A DNA stretch of 64,000 nucleotides from Macrostomum hystrix (taxonomy: Eukaryota; Animalia; Platyhelminthes): contig CATNEN010000029.1 in NCBI GenBank assembly GCA_950097015.1, forward strand, positions 4,092,001 through 4,156,000. Direction: 5' to 3'. The notes beneath the pieces were generated by a model that saw only the letters and a list, made by a program, of their open reading frames with translations, ran no database searches and had not been told where the DNA came from. The position numbers and the translations under genes were made by a program. Of this stretch, positions 49,996 to 60,838 are shown in pieces; the first letter of the stretch is position 1, and the number at the start of each line of letters is the position of its first letter.

Positions 49996-50468
49996 GTCGA
50001 ACAGGCTATCGATAGTAAAATTTTCTCTTTAACTGTAATGGGTTGGGATCACTAATTTCTACTAAAAAATACTGTAGAATGGCACCAATGTCAGACAAAG
50101 TGAACTGACGTGAACACCCCGAGAAAACTACAAGTTTGCTATCAGCTCATCAGAACATAAATTTATCTGAATACATTGCTGCTTAAATTATCACATGATT
50201 TTGGGGCTCTAAGCCTACTTTATTATTTTGCACTATAAGGATCCAATTATTTCCAAAATGTTCCTTCCAGAGCAGCAGCGCTCGGCAGGAGCTCCACCTC
50301 CAGCGGCGGCTGAGCGCACGGATGGAGCGCCAACTCCAGCGGCAGCGGAGCAGCTCGCGGCAGCAGCTTCACCTCCAGCGGCAGCTGGGCGCACGGATGG
50401 AGCGCCAACTCCAAAATTGATACTCTCTGATGGTTATTAGTTGCCCCCGACCAGTCATGCTGGCGCAA

Positions 50469-50623
50469 TTTGTTTAAATACACTCTAAGACAGTCATTCC
50501 GACTCGAAATTAACTGTCGGATGTTAAGCTATTAAGCTACGAGTAGTTAAGAAACTAATAAAATGTTAATTCCGACAGTTAATTTCGAGTCGGAATAACT
50601 GTCTGAGCGTGTATTTAAACAAA
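50469..50623. repeat. Fold-back inverted repeat (53-bp arms, 49-nt spacer) followed by GTCGGAATA subrepeats to ~50730
   Basis: Arms 50469-50521 and 50571-50623 are reverse complements with 3 mismatches. Confidence 0.8.
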
Positions 50624-53406
50624 CTGACTTTCGAGTCGGAATAACTGTCAGAATAACTGTCGGAATATGCCGACAGGTAATATATAACACATTAACTGTC
50701 GGAATAAGTGTCGGAATATTCCGAGTCGGACAAAGTTTCTAAGCTGATACAATGGTGCGTTCGAGTAGCTTATGACTTAAACTGATCTTAAACTGCAGTT
50801 CTAATCGGTTCTAAAATTCCGGGAAAGAAAACAGTATAACTTAGCAGCGCCTTAAAACGAGAGAAACGCGAATAAAAGATAGAAGTTATTAAGAATGAAT
50901 GTTGGAAGGTTGGCAGAAAATTAAGGTAAGGATTTTTATCATATGCTACGGGATATGCTACGAGTTTTACTGCTTCATGTCCTGGAAATTCAGAACGTAT
51001 TATGTTTTTGCTACCAGTGGAAGCCCGCATATTTTTCTGCTAGCCTGGTAATATCTAGTATATAAATAGTATTGTACCATGACCTTTTTGCCCGGCGGGC
51101 AGAAAGTCTTGCCCGTTAATGGCCTTAGATGAATTAATGCTCGGTAATTTTCTTGTGGGCAGTTAATTACCATTAACCGCCCGCAAAAAGACATCGACCA
51201 ATAGGAATGGCTTACTGAGGCTAAAATGTCTATGGCACCCCGAAGTGGGGGCTCTGCCCCACACCCCCGTCTCTGAATCTGAAAGTATAGCTTGGGCAAA
51301 AACGTCTATGGTACAATAAAATTGATAGGGGCCTACCCAAGCTTTGTGGGCGTCACTTAAGGACAACTAAATAACTTATTATTAGTTGATTAGACAGAGA
51401 CAGTCGCCAAGCCTCTCGTTCAGTTGCATGTTTAGGAAACGAAAATACTGTAATATTCCGATCACGGTTACTATTATAGTTTGAACAACAGAAAATGATG
51501 CTGCATTTTCTCGGCATGATATTTTGTTTCAGCTAGCAAGAATAAAAGTTCTCTCTCTCAATTGCAAGTGCATGTGAAGAACTCAATTTTCAGCTCAGAT
51601 TTCTTTGCTTTCGTAGCTTTGGATGGGCCATAGAACAATGCTTTTAAACAAGCCTCGTACTTTTTTTTGCCATGAATTGGCTCGTTTCCAGTCCTGAGTT
51701 ATTAAGTTGTCCTTGGGGCGTCATTGAAAAATCCTCGGGGGGCCTAATGGCACCCTCTGATTTTCCATTAACACCCTTAAAGCATGGGTATTAATATTTA
51801 AACTAGTCAGTCCTCTAAAATAGTTTACTTCAACTTATCTTCATTTTAATTGTTTATTTCTTGTCAGTCATATATAACATCTTTCAGCTAGTAACCAGCT
51901 GGCTGGATGCTTATCCTAATAAGCAATCCATACTGTGATTTACTTCTTCAGCTATCCTGCCCAATTTTGTTTACAATTTTTGGCTTATTTGTTAAATTGG
52001 AACTAATTTAACTGTAGCTATTGTAATTTGTTGTACTGTGCATTCGTACCATGAATTAATGATATAGTATTAGGCATGAGCATGAGCCTAGAGATTTTCC
52101 ATTTATTATAATTATAGCATTCAATTTGTAGTATATATATATTCTATAGCATACATGTGCAACCTCCCAAATCTTAGCCGGCCATGTGACTTAGTTTTTG
52201 CTCTATTTATGACTTAGTTTGCTCTCATTTTCTCTCCCCTTTTTTCCATTTCTTCATGCCTTCCTATTTGTCCCTTGGCCCCCCCCATTGATTTTTTTGC
52301 ACTTGGTTGATTGGTTTTTGCGACTTACCTTGCTTGGCCCTCATTTCACCCAGCCGGTTTGGCCGGGTTGGCCGGGTGTTGCGCATGTATGTTCTATAGG
52401 GTATAGTTGTAGTATATAGTATATTTATATATATATATACATCAAGCTTTAAAGCTACCATATTCCTAAGTTAAACAAGGTTCTAGTTGAGGTACTGCTA
52501 AAAAGCCATTAGCATTGTATCATGAGCAACATGCTTGTCATTTTTGTTGACTTTTGCAAGGCTTTAAATCTGTTTTAAGAGCCACACTCTTATTCATTTT
52601 CCATGCCAACTGGTACCAGATTACTTGTTGCAGCAGCCTATATCAAAACATCTATATTGCTGTTTGGATGGCCTATCTGAGCCTTTTGCCATCCTCTTCA
52701 TTCTTCTCCTGGACTGGGTTGCTTTAGACTATGCTGCTGTCAGTGGAAGACAGCTCAGACTTTATATGAGAGAGCCTATCAACCATCCTGCAGCAGTGGC
52801 AACTTTGACTAAGAGGCCATGTGATTCAGGCTTAGAAATACTGTCCACAACCTGTCCAAGACAGCCAAGCAAGCCTATTGCTCATTGTAGGGATAGTAGG
52901 GACTGTTTAGGCATAGCCTGGGTCAAACACTCTGCTAGATTGACTGTTGTTTTTGTTACAAATTGTACAACTTAACTATAGTTTAATATAGGCTAAGGCT
53001 TTTCTGGCTTTTATTGTCAGTAGTACATCATGTTTAAGTTAGATTTGATGTTGAAATCCATATGTGAAATAGTTTTTAGTTGCTACAACACAGCTCTTGT
53101 TGTAAACGTGCATCAAAGATGTCTATTACTACTGCTCACATTTCTTATCTATTTATAGATAAACTCTCTAGTAAGTTTGTCACTTTTATCTTATTTAGAG
53201 CCTTTTAATAGCCCTTTTTCTAGCTAGCAATATAATTTTAGTACAGTTTTTAGAGAATAATCAGGATATTATATTGCTGCAGTCATAAGATAGGCTAGCT
53301 CTAATTTCAGAACTTTAGTAGTTAAACTTCTATGAACTTATCATTTCCAGCAGTTGCAACAAAGAAGAGCTGTCCAGCCTGAATTCAACAAAGGGTTAGT
53401 TTTGTA

Positions 53407-53597
53407 ATGTCCAACACTGATGACAGCCAGGAGGACTCGCGCGCTGTGCTGGTTCAGTTTGTCAGCGAATCAGGCGAAGAGGCTGGTCCACCACTGCAGG
53501 CACTGCTGAGCTCCTCTGTGACAGATTTGAAAGCTACTCTTGATGCGCAACTGCTAGCGCAAACCGGTGGCGACTATGATGATCAAGTTGTCTATAA
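53407..53597 (+). CDS. NLE1: Notchless homolog (Rsa4), exon 1, NLE/UBL domain
   Basis: ATG at 53407; VLVQFVSESGEEAGPP is the NLE-domain signature; AA|gtgagt donor, phase 2. Confidence 0.9.
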
Positions 53598-53631
53598 GTG
53601 AGTATTTATAATTGACTTGGGTGAGAGATTT

Positions 53632-53930
53632 TGGGGGGGGGTGAGTCGCATTCGCCTCTTTCATGAAGGTCCCTGAGCTCGATTCCTTGGCGAGGCCATA
53701 TTTATTTTGGGCGTAGCCGCGGGGAGAAAGCTTGGGGGCTTGTCGTGCAATTTACGTTCCCGAGGGCTAACGATGAGTTAGTTAAGGGCAGATGTACACA
53801 CCTGTGTGAGTGTGTGCTCAGGAGTCAGCGGAATGTGCAGAATTGCCTCCTCGCTGGCTGCAGATCTTGTGTCACCAAATGATGTGCCATTGTCAGCAGC
53901 CCTCCAGCAATTCCTGCTGCTGCTGCTGCT
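53632..53930 (+). mobile_element. SINE family B copy in NLE1 intron 1
   Basis: gagctcgattcc..gaggccata..gggcagatgtacacacctgtgtgag..gcagccctccagc with (CTG)n tail. Confidence 0.75.
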
Positions 53931-53993
53931 AGTTGAGAAATAAGATATTTTTATGTTTGTAGACTGTTACAAGCCACTCCGATATTTTCGCAG

Positions 53994-54561
53994 ATTCTTT
54001 GTTGACGATGCCGAAGTGGCCGCCAGTCTGTCCGACTCCGTCGACTGCGGCCGGGTTAGCGAGCGCCTGCTGCGCATCGTCTACCAACCCCAGGCTCTGT
54101 TCCGCGTCCGGCCCGTCACCCGATGCACCTCCAGTCTGCCCGGCCACGCCGAAGCCGTTTTATCAGCGGCCTTCTCGCCGGACAGTCGCCATCTAGCTAG
54201 CGGCTCCGGCGACGCCACCGTTCGCTTCTGGGATCTGGCCACCGAGACGCCGTTGCACGCCTGCCTCGGTCACAAGCACTGGGTGCTGTGCATCGCCTGG
54301 TCTCCGGACGGGCGCCGATTGGCCAGCGCCTGTAAGCGCGGCCAGATCTGTCTCTGGTGCCCGGACACCGGCAAACAGATTGGCAAGCCGCTGGCTAGGC
54401 ACAGCCAGTGGGTTACTAGTCTGGCCTGGCGGCCGCTGCATCTAGACGCCGAGTGCCGCCTATTAGCATCGGCTTCTAAAGATTGCACTGTGATATTGTG
54501 GGACACCATTGTTGGTCAGGTTAGCCGGGTCATCAGCGGTCACGAACAGGCTGTGACACAG
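53994..54561 (+). CDS. NLE1: NLE1 exon 2, WD40 repeats
   Basis: ttcgcag|A TTC; IVYQPQALFRVRPVTRCTSSLPGHAEAVLSAAFSPDSRHLASGSGDATVRFWD..GHKHWVLCIAWSPDG; CAG|gtttgt donor. Confidence 0.97.
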
Positions 54562-54600
54562 GTTTGTTCTCTCATTTATCTTATTTTTATTCTACTGTTA

Positions 54601-54724
54601 AGCCCCCAAGTCTTCTCCCTGCGGCTGCGCCTCAAATGAATGTGGCCTCACTGCGGAATCGAGCTCAGGAACCTTGGTGCGAGAGACAAACGCGTTGACC
54701 GCTCTTGCACTCACCCACACCCCA
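54601..54724 (-). mobile_element. SINE family B 5-prime fragment in NLE1 intron 2
   Basis: Reverse complement matches the first ~120 nt of 44398-44520. Confidence 0.75.
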
Positions 54725-54880
54725 CTGATACGTATACATTACCACACTTACATACATAAGTGTGTACATATGCCCTGAGTTTTTCATCCTTTGCACGCTC
54801 TGTGCTTTGGGGTGAGGGATTGGGCCTCGTAAGCATCGAGCTCAAGCAATTACTCATATTTAAACTCCGCTGACTCGCAG

Positions 54881-55129
54881 GTACGCTGGGGCGGCACAGA
54901 TCTGTTGTACACAGGCAGCCGCGATCGCACAGTGCGAGTTTGGCGCACAGATGACGGAATACTCTGTCGCACTACTGCAGCAGCACGCTCATTGGGTGAA
55001 CACCCTGGCGTTAAGCACGGACTACGCTATGCGAGTTGGCGCTAATGAGCCCGGACAGCCGGTACCAGCCGTTGATACTCTGCGGGCGGAGCTGTGCGAA
55101 CGCGCCAAACGAGTCTACGAAGCGGCCAG
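54881..55129 (+). CDS. NLE1: NLE1 exon 3 (contains a +1 frameshift at ~54974)
   Basis: VRWGGTDLLYTGSRDRTVRVWRTDDGILCRT in one frame; LQQHAHWVNTLALSTDYAMRVGA in the +1 frame; AG|gtttgt donor. Confidence 0.9.
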
Positions 55130-55339
55130 GTTTGTTACCGTCTGTATACTAAAAACATTGGATTGTAAAAACGTTCCATTCTCATTGTTAGGAATCAACG
55201 GGCTTGTGAATGGGTAATTGTTCATCTTAAAACAGGGGATGTTTAGAATTTATATTCGTAGGTAAGCAATCGTTCATGAAATGGTCATTAAGGAGTCGGA
55301 GTAAAGTTGGTCATAAAGAGTTCTGAAATAGTTATTCAT

Positions 55340-56292
55340 AAACAGATCTGAGAGGAGTTGGTCATACAGAGATCTGAGAGGAGTTGGTCATTAAGATTAA
55401 GGTATCTGAGATGAGTTGGTCATTGAGGTATCTGAGATGAGTGGTCATTGAGGTATCTGAGAGGAGTTGGTCATTGAGGTATCCGAGAGGAGTTGGTCAT
55501 TGAGGTATCTGAGAGGAGTTGGTCATTGAGGTATCTGAGAGGAGTTGGTCATTGAGGTATCTGAGAGGAGTTGGTCATTGATGTATCTGAGAGGAGTTGG
55601 TCATTGAGGTATCTGAGAGGAGTTGGTCATTGATGAATCTGAGAGGAGTTGGTCATTGAGGTATCTGAGAGGAGTTGGTCATTGAGGTATCTGAGAGGAG
55701 TTGGTCATTGAGGTATCTGAGAGGAGTTGGTCATTGAGGTATCTGAGAGGAGTTGGTCATTGAGGTATCTGAGAGGAGTCGGTCATTGAGGTATCTGAGA
55801 GGAGTTGGTCATTGAGGTATCTGATAGGAGTTGGTCATTGAGGTATCTGAGATGAGTTGGTCATTGAGGTATCTGAGAGGAGTTGGTCATTGAGGTATCT
55901 GAGAGGAGTTGGTCATTGAGGTATCTGAGAGGAGTTGGTCATTAAGGGATCGGTGGAGTTGGTCATTGAGGGATCGGTGGAGTTGGTCATTGAGGTATCT
56001 GAGAGGAGTTGGTCATTGAGGTATCTGAGAGGAGTTGGTCATTGAGGTATCTGAGAGGAGTTGGTCATTGAGGTATCTGAGAGGAGTTGGTCATTGAGGT
56101 ATCTGAGAGGAGTCGGTCATTGAGGTATCTGAGAGGAGTTGGTCATTGAGGTATCTGATAGGAGTTGGTCATTGAGGTATCTGAGATGAGTTGGTCATTG
56201 AGGTATCTGAGAGGAGTTGGTCATTGAGGTATCTGAGAGGAGTTGGTCATTGAGGTATCTGAGAGGAGTTGGTCATTAAGGGATCGGTGGAG
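55340..56292. repeat. 26-bp minisatellite GAGGTATCTGAGAGGAGTTGGTCATT filling NLE1 intron 3
   Basis: Direct reading. Confidence 0.95.
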
Positions 56293-56340
56293 TTAGGAGC
56301 CTGGGTATTGACTCACCTGCACTCACCTGGCACACCGCAG

Positions 56341-56806
56341 ACGCGGACAGCCCGAACGCCTAGTGTCCGGCAGTGACGACTTCACCCTGACGCTCTGGAC
56401 ACCCGAAACTGACAAGCGGCCAGTGGCTCGCCTGACCGGTCACCTCCAGCTTGTGAACGATGTCCGATTCAGTCCAGACGGCCGGCTGTTAGCTAGCGCC
56501 AGTTTCGACAAATCTGTCCGCCTCTGGGACGGCCGGACCGGCCGCTTCCTGGCCACCCTGCTTGGCCACGTTGGCCGAGTCTACCAGGTTGCTTGGTCCG
56601 CGGACAGCCGCCTACTGGTGTCCTCCAGTGCTGATAGTACACTGAAACTGTGGGACATTGGTGCGGCCGGCAGTAAGAACCGGTTAAAACCGGTCAACGA
56701 TCTGCCCGGACACGCTGACGAAGTCTACGCTGTTGATTGGTCGCCAGATGGACAGAAAGTGGCCAGCGGTGGCAAAGATCGGGAATTGAAGCTTTGGCGG
56801 AACTGA
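56341..56806 (+). CDS. NLE1: NLE1 exon 4, WD40 repeats to stop
   Basis: ccgcag|A CGC; PERLVSGSDDFTLTLW..GHLQLVNDVRFSPDGRLLASASFDKSVRLWDG..LPGHADEVYAVDWSPDGQKVASGGKDRELKLWRN*. Confidence 0.97.
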
Positions 56807-57004
56807 ATTCCTTGATATTTTTTATGGGCTTGTGATGCTCTTCAGTGCCTATCTATGATTTGTTTATAGAAGGAGTGCCATCTTACTGAAACACTAAACT
56901 CGATGTAGTCAATTCTCATTAAAATTAGAACATTAACAGCATTTGGCTAGAATAATATACATTTTTTAGCAAAAATGGCGGCCGGAACCGTGCATAAAAC
57001 GACA

Positions 57005-57445
57005 GCAGAAACCGTACCTAGAATCGCAAGAGGAACCGTACCTAGAATCGCAAGAGGAACCGTACCTAGAATCGCAGGAGGAACCATACCTAGAATCGCA
57101 GGAGTAACCATACCTAGAATCGTAGCAGGAACCGTACCTAGAATCGCAGGAGGAACCGTACCTAGAATCGCAAGAGGAACCGTACCTAGAATCGCAGGAG
57201 GAACCATACCTAGAATCGCAGGAGGAACCATACCTAGAATCGCAGGAGGAACCGTACCTAGAATCGCAGGAGGAACCGTACCTAGAATCGCAGCAGGAAC
57301 CGTACCTAGAATCGCAGGAGGAACCGTACCTAGAATCGCAGGAGGAACCATACCTAGAATCGCAGGAGGAACTGTACCTAGAATCGCAGGAGGAACCATC
57401 CATAGAATCGAAGGAGGAACCGTACTTAGAATCGCAGCAGGAACC
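57005..57445. repeat. 24-bp minisatellite GGAACCGTACCTAGAATCGCAGGA between NLE1 and JIP
   Basis: Direct reading. Confidence 0.94.
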
Positions 57446-57894
57446 AATTCTTGTTAACTCAATCAGAATCGTAGATAAAAGTGCATTTTTGTGAGTTTTC
57501 AAACGGGTATTCAAAAGTTAAGCGTGTTGGCATTTCAAGGCAATGTTATTGTCAAAAGTTGCGGTTAAGTAGTTTTTTTGCAGCTTAAACTAATTTTATT
57601 GTAAATTCAAATTACACTTGAGTTTATGTATAACAGCGACCTCTCAGCAAATTCTTCCTATGCGTTTCCTACCTGTTTTCAACTGTGTAAGGCATTGCAT
57701 TTTCTATCTCGTTGGATTAAAGTTTATTGACGCAATGGCTTAATTTTTTCTTTCTTTTTTAATAAAAATTTAAACAGTGCGGTAGTCAGTTATTAGAGAA
57801 AGTTTAAATTCAAGACTACATTTCTAGTATGCCTATAGATAGTTCTAGTCTACTATGAGTAGACACGCTAGGTAATTCCTATTTTGTTGTTAAG

Positions 57895-58250
57895 AAGGCA
57901 CAATATTCAATCACTTCAGCAGCAGGCGAACAGTCAAACTAACGGCTCTGTCCGCACCTGCAGCGGCTGCCAGCGTCAATTTTATCAGCTAACGGAGCTC
58001 AACGTCGATCTCGACTCCAATCGACCCTGTCGGCACTGCTTGGACGAGATGGAGCACGAGGTTTCGTCTAAAGTTGTCGACTCCGTGCTGTTGCGTCACA
58101 CCAGCATTAGCCAATCGCTGCGCAGCTTCATGAGCAGTACACCATCCCGCCCGGTCAGCATGCCCGTTGTATCTGGCCGTTGCGATGACCTGACTACTAC
58201 TGCTGTTGCTGCTGCCGCTGCTGCTGATTCTGGACTAAAGTCGCCGGAAA
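57895..58250 (+). CDS. MAPK8IP1: JIP1-like scaffold, 5-prime exon (start uncertain)
   Basis: Open frame with CxxC..CxxC and RPVSMPV; GAA A|gtaagc donor (phase 1) matches the acceptor at 58759. No ATG in frame before 58049. Confidence 0.6.
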
Positions 58251-58330
58251 GTAAGCTAATTTCAGTTTCGAAACCCGTGTTACAACAAGCGGTTTGATTT
58301 GCTTACTGGAATAATAGCGTCTCCCAGTAT

Positions 58331-58680
58331 CCAATCAGCGACTAGCAGACCAAACTGTTTAAAATCAGAAGTAACCAATCAGCGATCAGCTCACAAAATT
58401 GTGTAGAATCCAAAGAAGCCAATCAGCGATCAGCTCACCAAATTTAGTAGAATCCAAAGGAGCCAATCAGCGATCAGCTCACCAAATTTAGTAGAATCCA
58501 AAGTAGCCAATCAGCGATCAGCTCACCAAATTTAGTAGAATCCAAAGGAGCCAATCAGCGATCAGCTCACCAAATTTAGTAGAATCCAAAGGAGCCAATC
58601 AGCAATCAGCTAACCAAATTTAGTAGAATCCGAAGGAGCCAATCAGCGATCAGCTCACCAAATTGTGTAGAATCCGTAAT
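58331..58680. repeat. 44-bp CCAAT-box minisatellite in a JIP intron
   Basis: CCAATCAGC at 58331, 58375, 58419, 58463, 58507, 58551, 58595 and 58639. Confidence 0.92.
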
Positions 58681-58758
58681 AGCCAACCGTGTTTGTTTAA
58701 TCCCTAGACTATTCAATATGATTTGTATCATAGACATCATTCTTTCCCACCCAATCAG

Positions 58759-59231
58759 CGACCCGGTCCTACTATCAGTCCGCCGAATGGGAGGCTCTCT
58801 GGTCTGTCGGCGACTCCCAGACGCAGCCGTCGCCGTTGCCGACTCCGTCGCATCGAGCCGCCCACCGGTTCTGTCCGCGTCATCCGGACCAGCTGTCACT
58901 GGCCGAAGGCGATCCAGTCGCTGTCCTCCGCGTCGACTCTGATGGCTGGGCTGCTGGCGTTAATCTGCGCACTAAGGAGCGCGGCGTGTTCCCATTGGCT
59001 ATGACCGTTGCTAGCGGCCGACGCGGCGACGGAGCCGGCTCCGAACTGCACCCGCCACCACCCGCTGCTTTGTCAACATTGTCCTCGGCGGATGCGACGT
59101 CGACAGCTGGCGGAGGCAGCGACGCTAGCAACGGGACAACAAATTTTGTTGCTACCGGTTTGAATTTTATTGGCGCCGTGGAAGTTGCTACAGGTGTGGA
59201 TAGGACCAGACTGGCCAAGGCTATGGACCGG
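58759..59231 (+). CDS. MAPK8IP1: JIP1-like scaffold, SH3 domain and start of PTB domain
   Basis: SHRAAHRFCPRHPDQLSLAEGDPVAV..GWAAGVNLRTKERGVFP is the JIP-type SH3 (THRAVFRFVPRHEDEL..NMRTGARGVFP); LNFIGAVEV begins the PTB; CGG|gtgagt donor. Confidence 0.9.
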
Positions 59232-59344
59232 GTGAGTATGCGGAACAACCCTTGCTATTCATACTCGTACTACTCACAGTAGCAGTGGTATGGAAATGTT
59301 TTAAGAAGTTGATCACATAAAGGAAGGTGACCCTCTACAACTTT

Positions 59345-59520
59345 TGGCCACATTTGCAGCCGACAGCACAGCCGCAGCTGTTGCGCGGCGCATCTGAAGG
59401 CTGCGTACGGCTGTTCAGTCCATGGACTGGGGCGGACGCCACACCATCCCTCAATTACCCCAATTTAACAGCTGGGTGAACTGAAGCAATGCAGAGTTAA
59501 ATGTCTTGCTGCAGGACGCA
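59345..59520 (-). mobile_element. SINE family A fragment (3-prime part and core) in a JIP intron
   Basis: gcagccgacagcacagccgcagct..gttcagtccatggactgg..cagctgggtgaactgaagcaatgcagagttaa, as in 20440-20610. Confidence 0.75.
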
Positions 59521-59575
59521 GATTCCAGAATTTTGTTGTTGAACGCCTCCTCAATCTCCTCTAAAAATGCGGCAG

Positions 59576-59671
59576 GTATTGAGCAGTCAGTCATCCAACA
59601 GTGGCGCCAGTTGCAGCATAGTGGTCACCACCTATGGCATCAGGATGACTAGCAGCAGTCTAACTGGAGAG
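59576..59671 (+). CDS. MAPK8IP1: JIP1-like scaffold, PTB exon
   Basis: ggcag|GTA; SCSIVVTTYGIRM (cf. SCVLEISVRGVKI); GAG|gtgaga; 96 nt, phase 0/0. Confidence 0.8.
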
Positions 59672-59839
59672 GTGAGACTTGATGAATTACTGCGTGTTAC
59701 ACTGTGTGTTCTTATTGAAATTTGTATTGCATGGCATGTTTATTTTATTATTTGTTGTTGCTTCATGCTTTTCTAAATAGATAAAATAAAAATGACACAG
59801 CCGAATAGAGCCCGATGTTTTTTCAAGCCTTTGTAGCCC

Positions 59840-60025
59840 GGTTGTTCAGTCCATGGACTGGGGGGACGCCTCACCCACCCTTAATTACCCATTTAACAAC
59901 TGGGTGAATTGAAGCAATCCAGAGTTCACTGTCTTGTTAAAGGACACAAATTGTTTCAGTGGAATCAGGAATCGAACCCCCGACCTTCAAGTCGTGAGTC
60001 CGACGCTCTAACCACTAGGCTACAA
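59840..60025 (-). mobile_element. SINE family A fragment (tRNA head and core) in a JIP intron
   Basis: gaatcgaacccccgaccttcaagtcgtgagtccgacgctctaaccactaggctacaa is the reverse complement of the family A head. Confidence 0.75.
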
Positions 60026-60170
60026 GCCCTCTACATGAGAGGGAGTTTTTTTAAGCAACCCCTTGGGCTAAACACCTACCTCTAAATCGTATTCATGTTT
60101 TATTTCTAACATTTAGTTTATTAAGTCATTAGTAATCTACAACTAGCAACTATACTTACTACGAGTATAG

Positions 60171-60386
60171 CATCATCAGCAGCAGCAGTCGGAGCGGCGT
60201 CACGCACATAATAAAACACCGACGGCGGCTAAGAGACGCGCTCCCCTGCTCAAGCTGCTGCTACGCAGGCTATCATCGCCCTGCCTAGCGGACTCAACAG
60301 ACGATGCCAGCAACAAAACTGCGATTGATAAAATAGTTGTAGAAGAGGCTATTGTACGACGGCGAGGTAGTTGCCAGCTTTTACAG
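60171..60386 (+). CDS. MAPK8IP1: Possible cassette exon inserting 72 aa into the JIP PTB loop
   Basis: tatag|CAT CAT CAG ... TTA CAG|gtagct; 216 nt, stop-free, phase 0/0, GC-richer than its flanks. Confidence 0.5.
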
Positions 60387-60838
60387 GTAGCTAGACAGAA
60401 TGCAGGTAGACTAGTTAATAAATTTATTTGTTAGATTAAAAGTACAAATATATTTACGATTTTATATACCGTTCATTTTTATCTGGTTATTATTATTTTA
60501 GCCTTTGTAGACAAAAAATTTTTAATTCCCATTTAGATAATAATAAATCATATCAATAATATGAAATAAAAATTTATTCTGCGTTTTTTACCGACGTCAT
60601 AATTAAAAGAAATTGTTTCATGGCTTATTATCAATTTAATAAATATGAATTTCCCTTTAATATCCCTTTATCTAAAAGGAAATGGATGACTCATTTCCCG
60701 CATTGTCCGACTCTCAACCTAATGTCGTGCATGAGGATGAGAAAGTCAGTTGGGCAGATGTATTGCACACAGCTGTGTACAGCTCTCTTGCAAATATTGT
60801 TACAAAAGATCATCTTTCTGCTATCCATTCCCGTCCAG

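Noticed and set aside
50228-50440. Ala/Pro-rich 70-aa ORF with a ~75-bp internal duplication
   Set aside because: Non-ATG start, low complexity, no homology or clear exon boundaries.
56947-57514. YGSSCDSR / GTVPRIAG repeat ORFs as a JIP N-terminus or second peptide precursor
   Set aside because: 24-bp intergenic minisatellite; no signal peptide, no Gly-dibasic pattern and no usable donor into the JIP frame.
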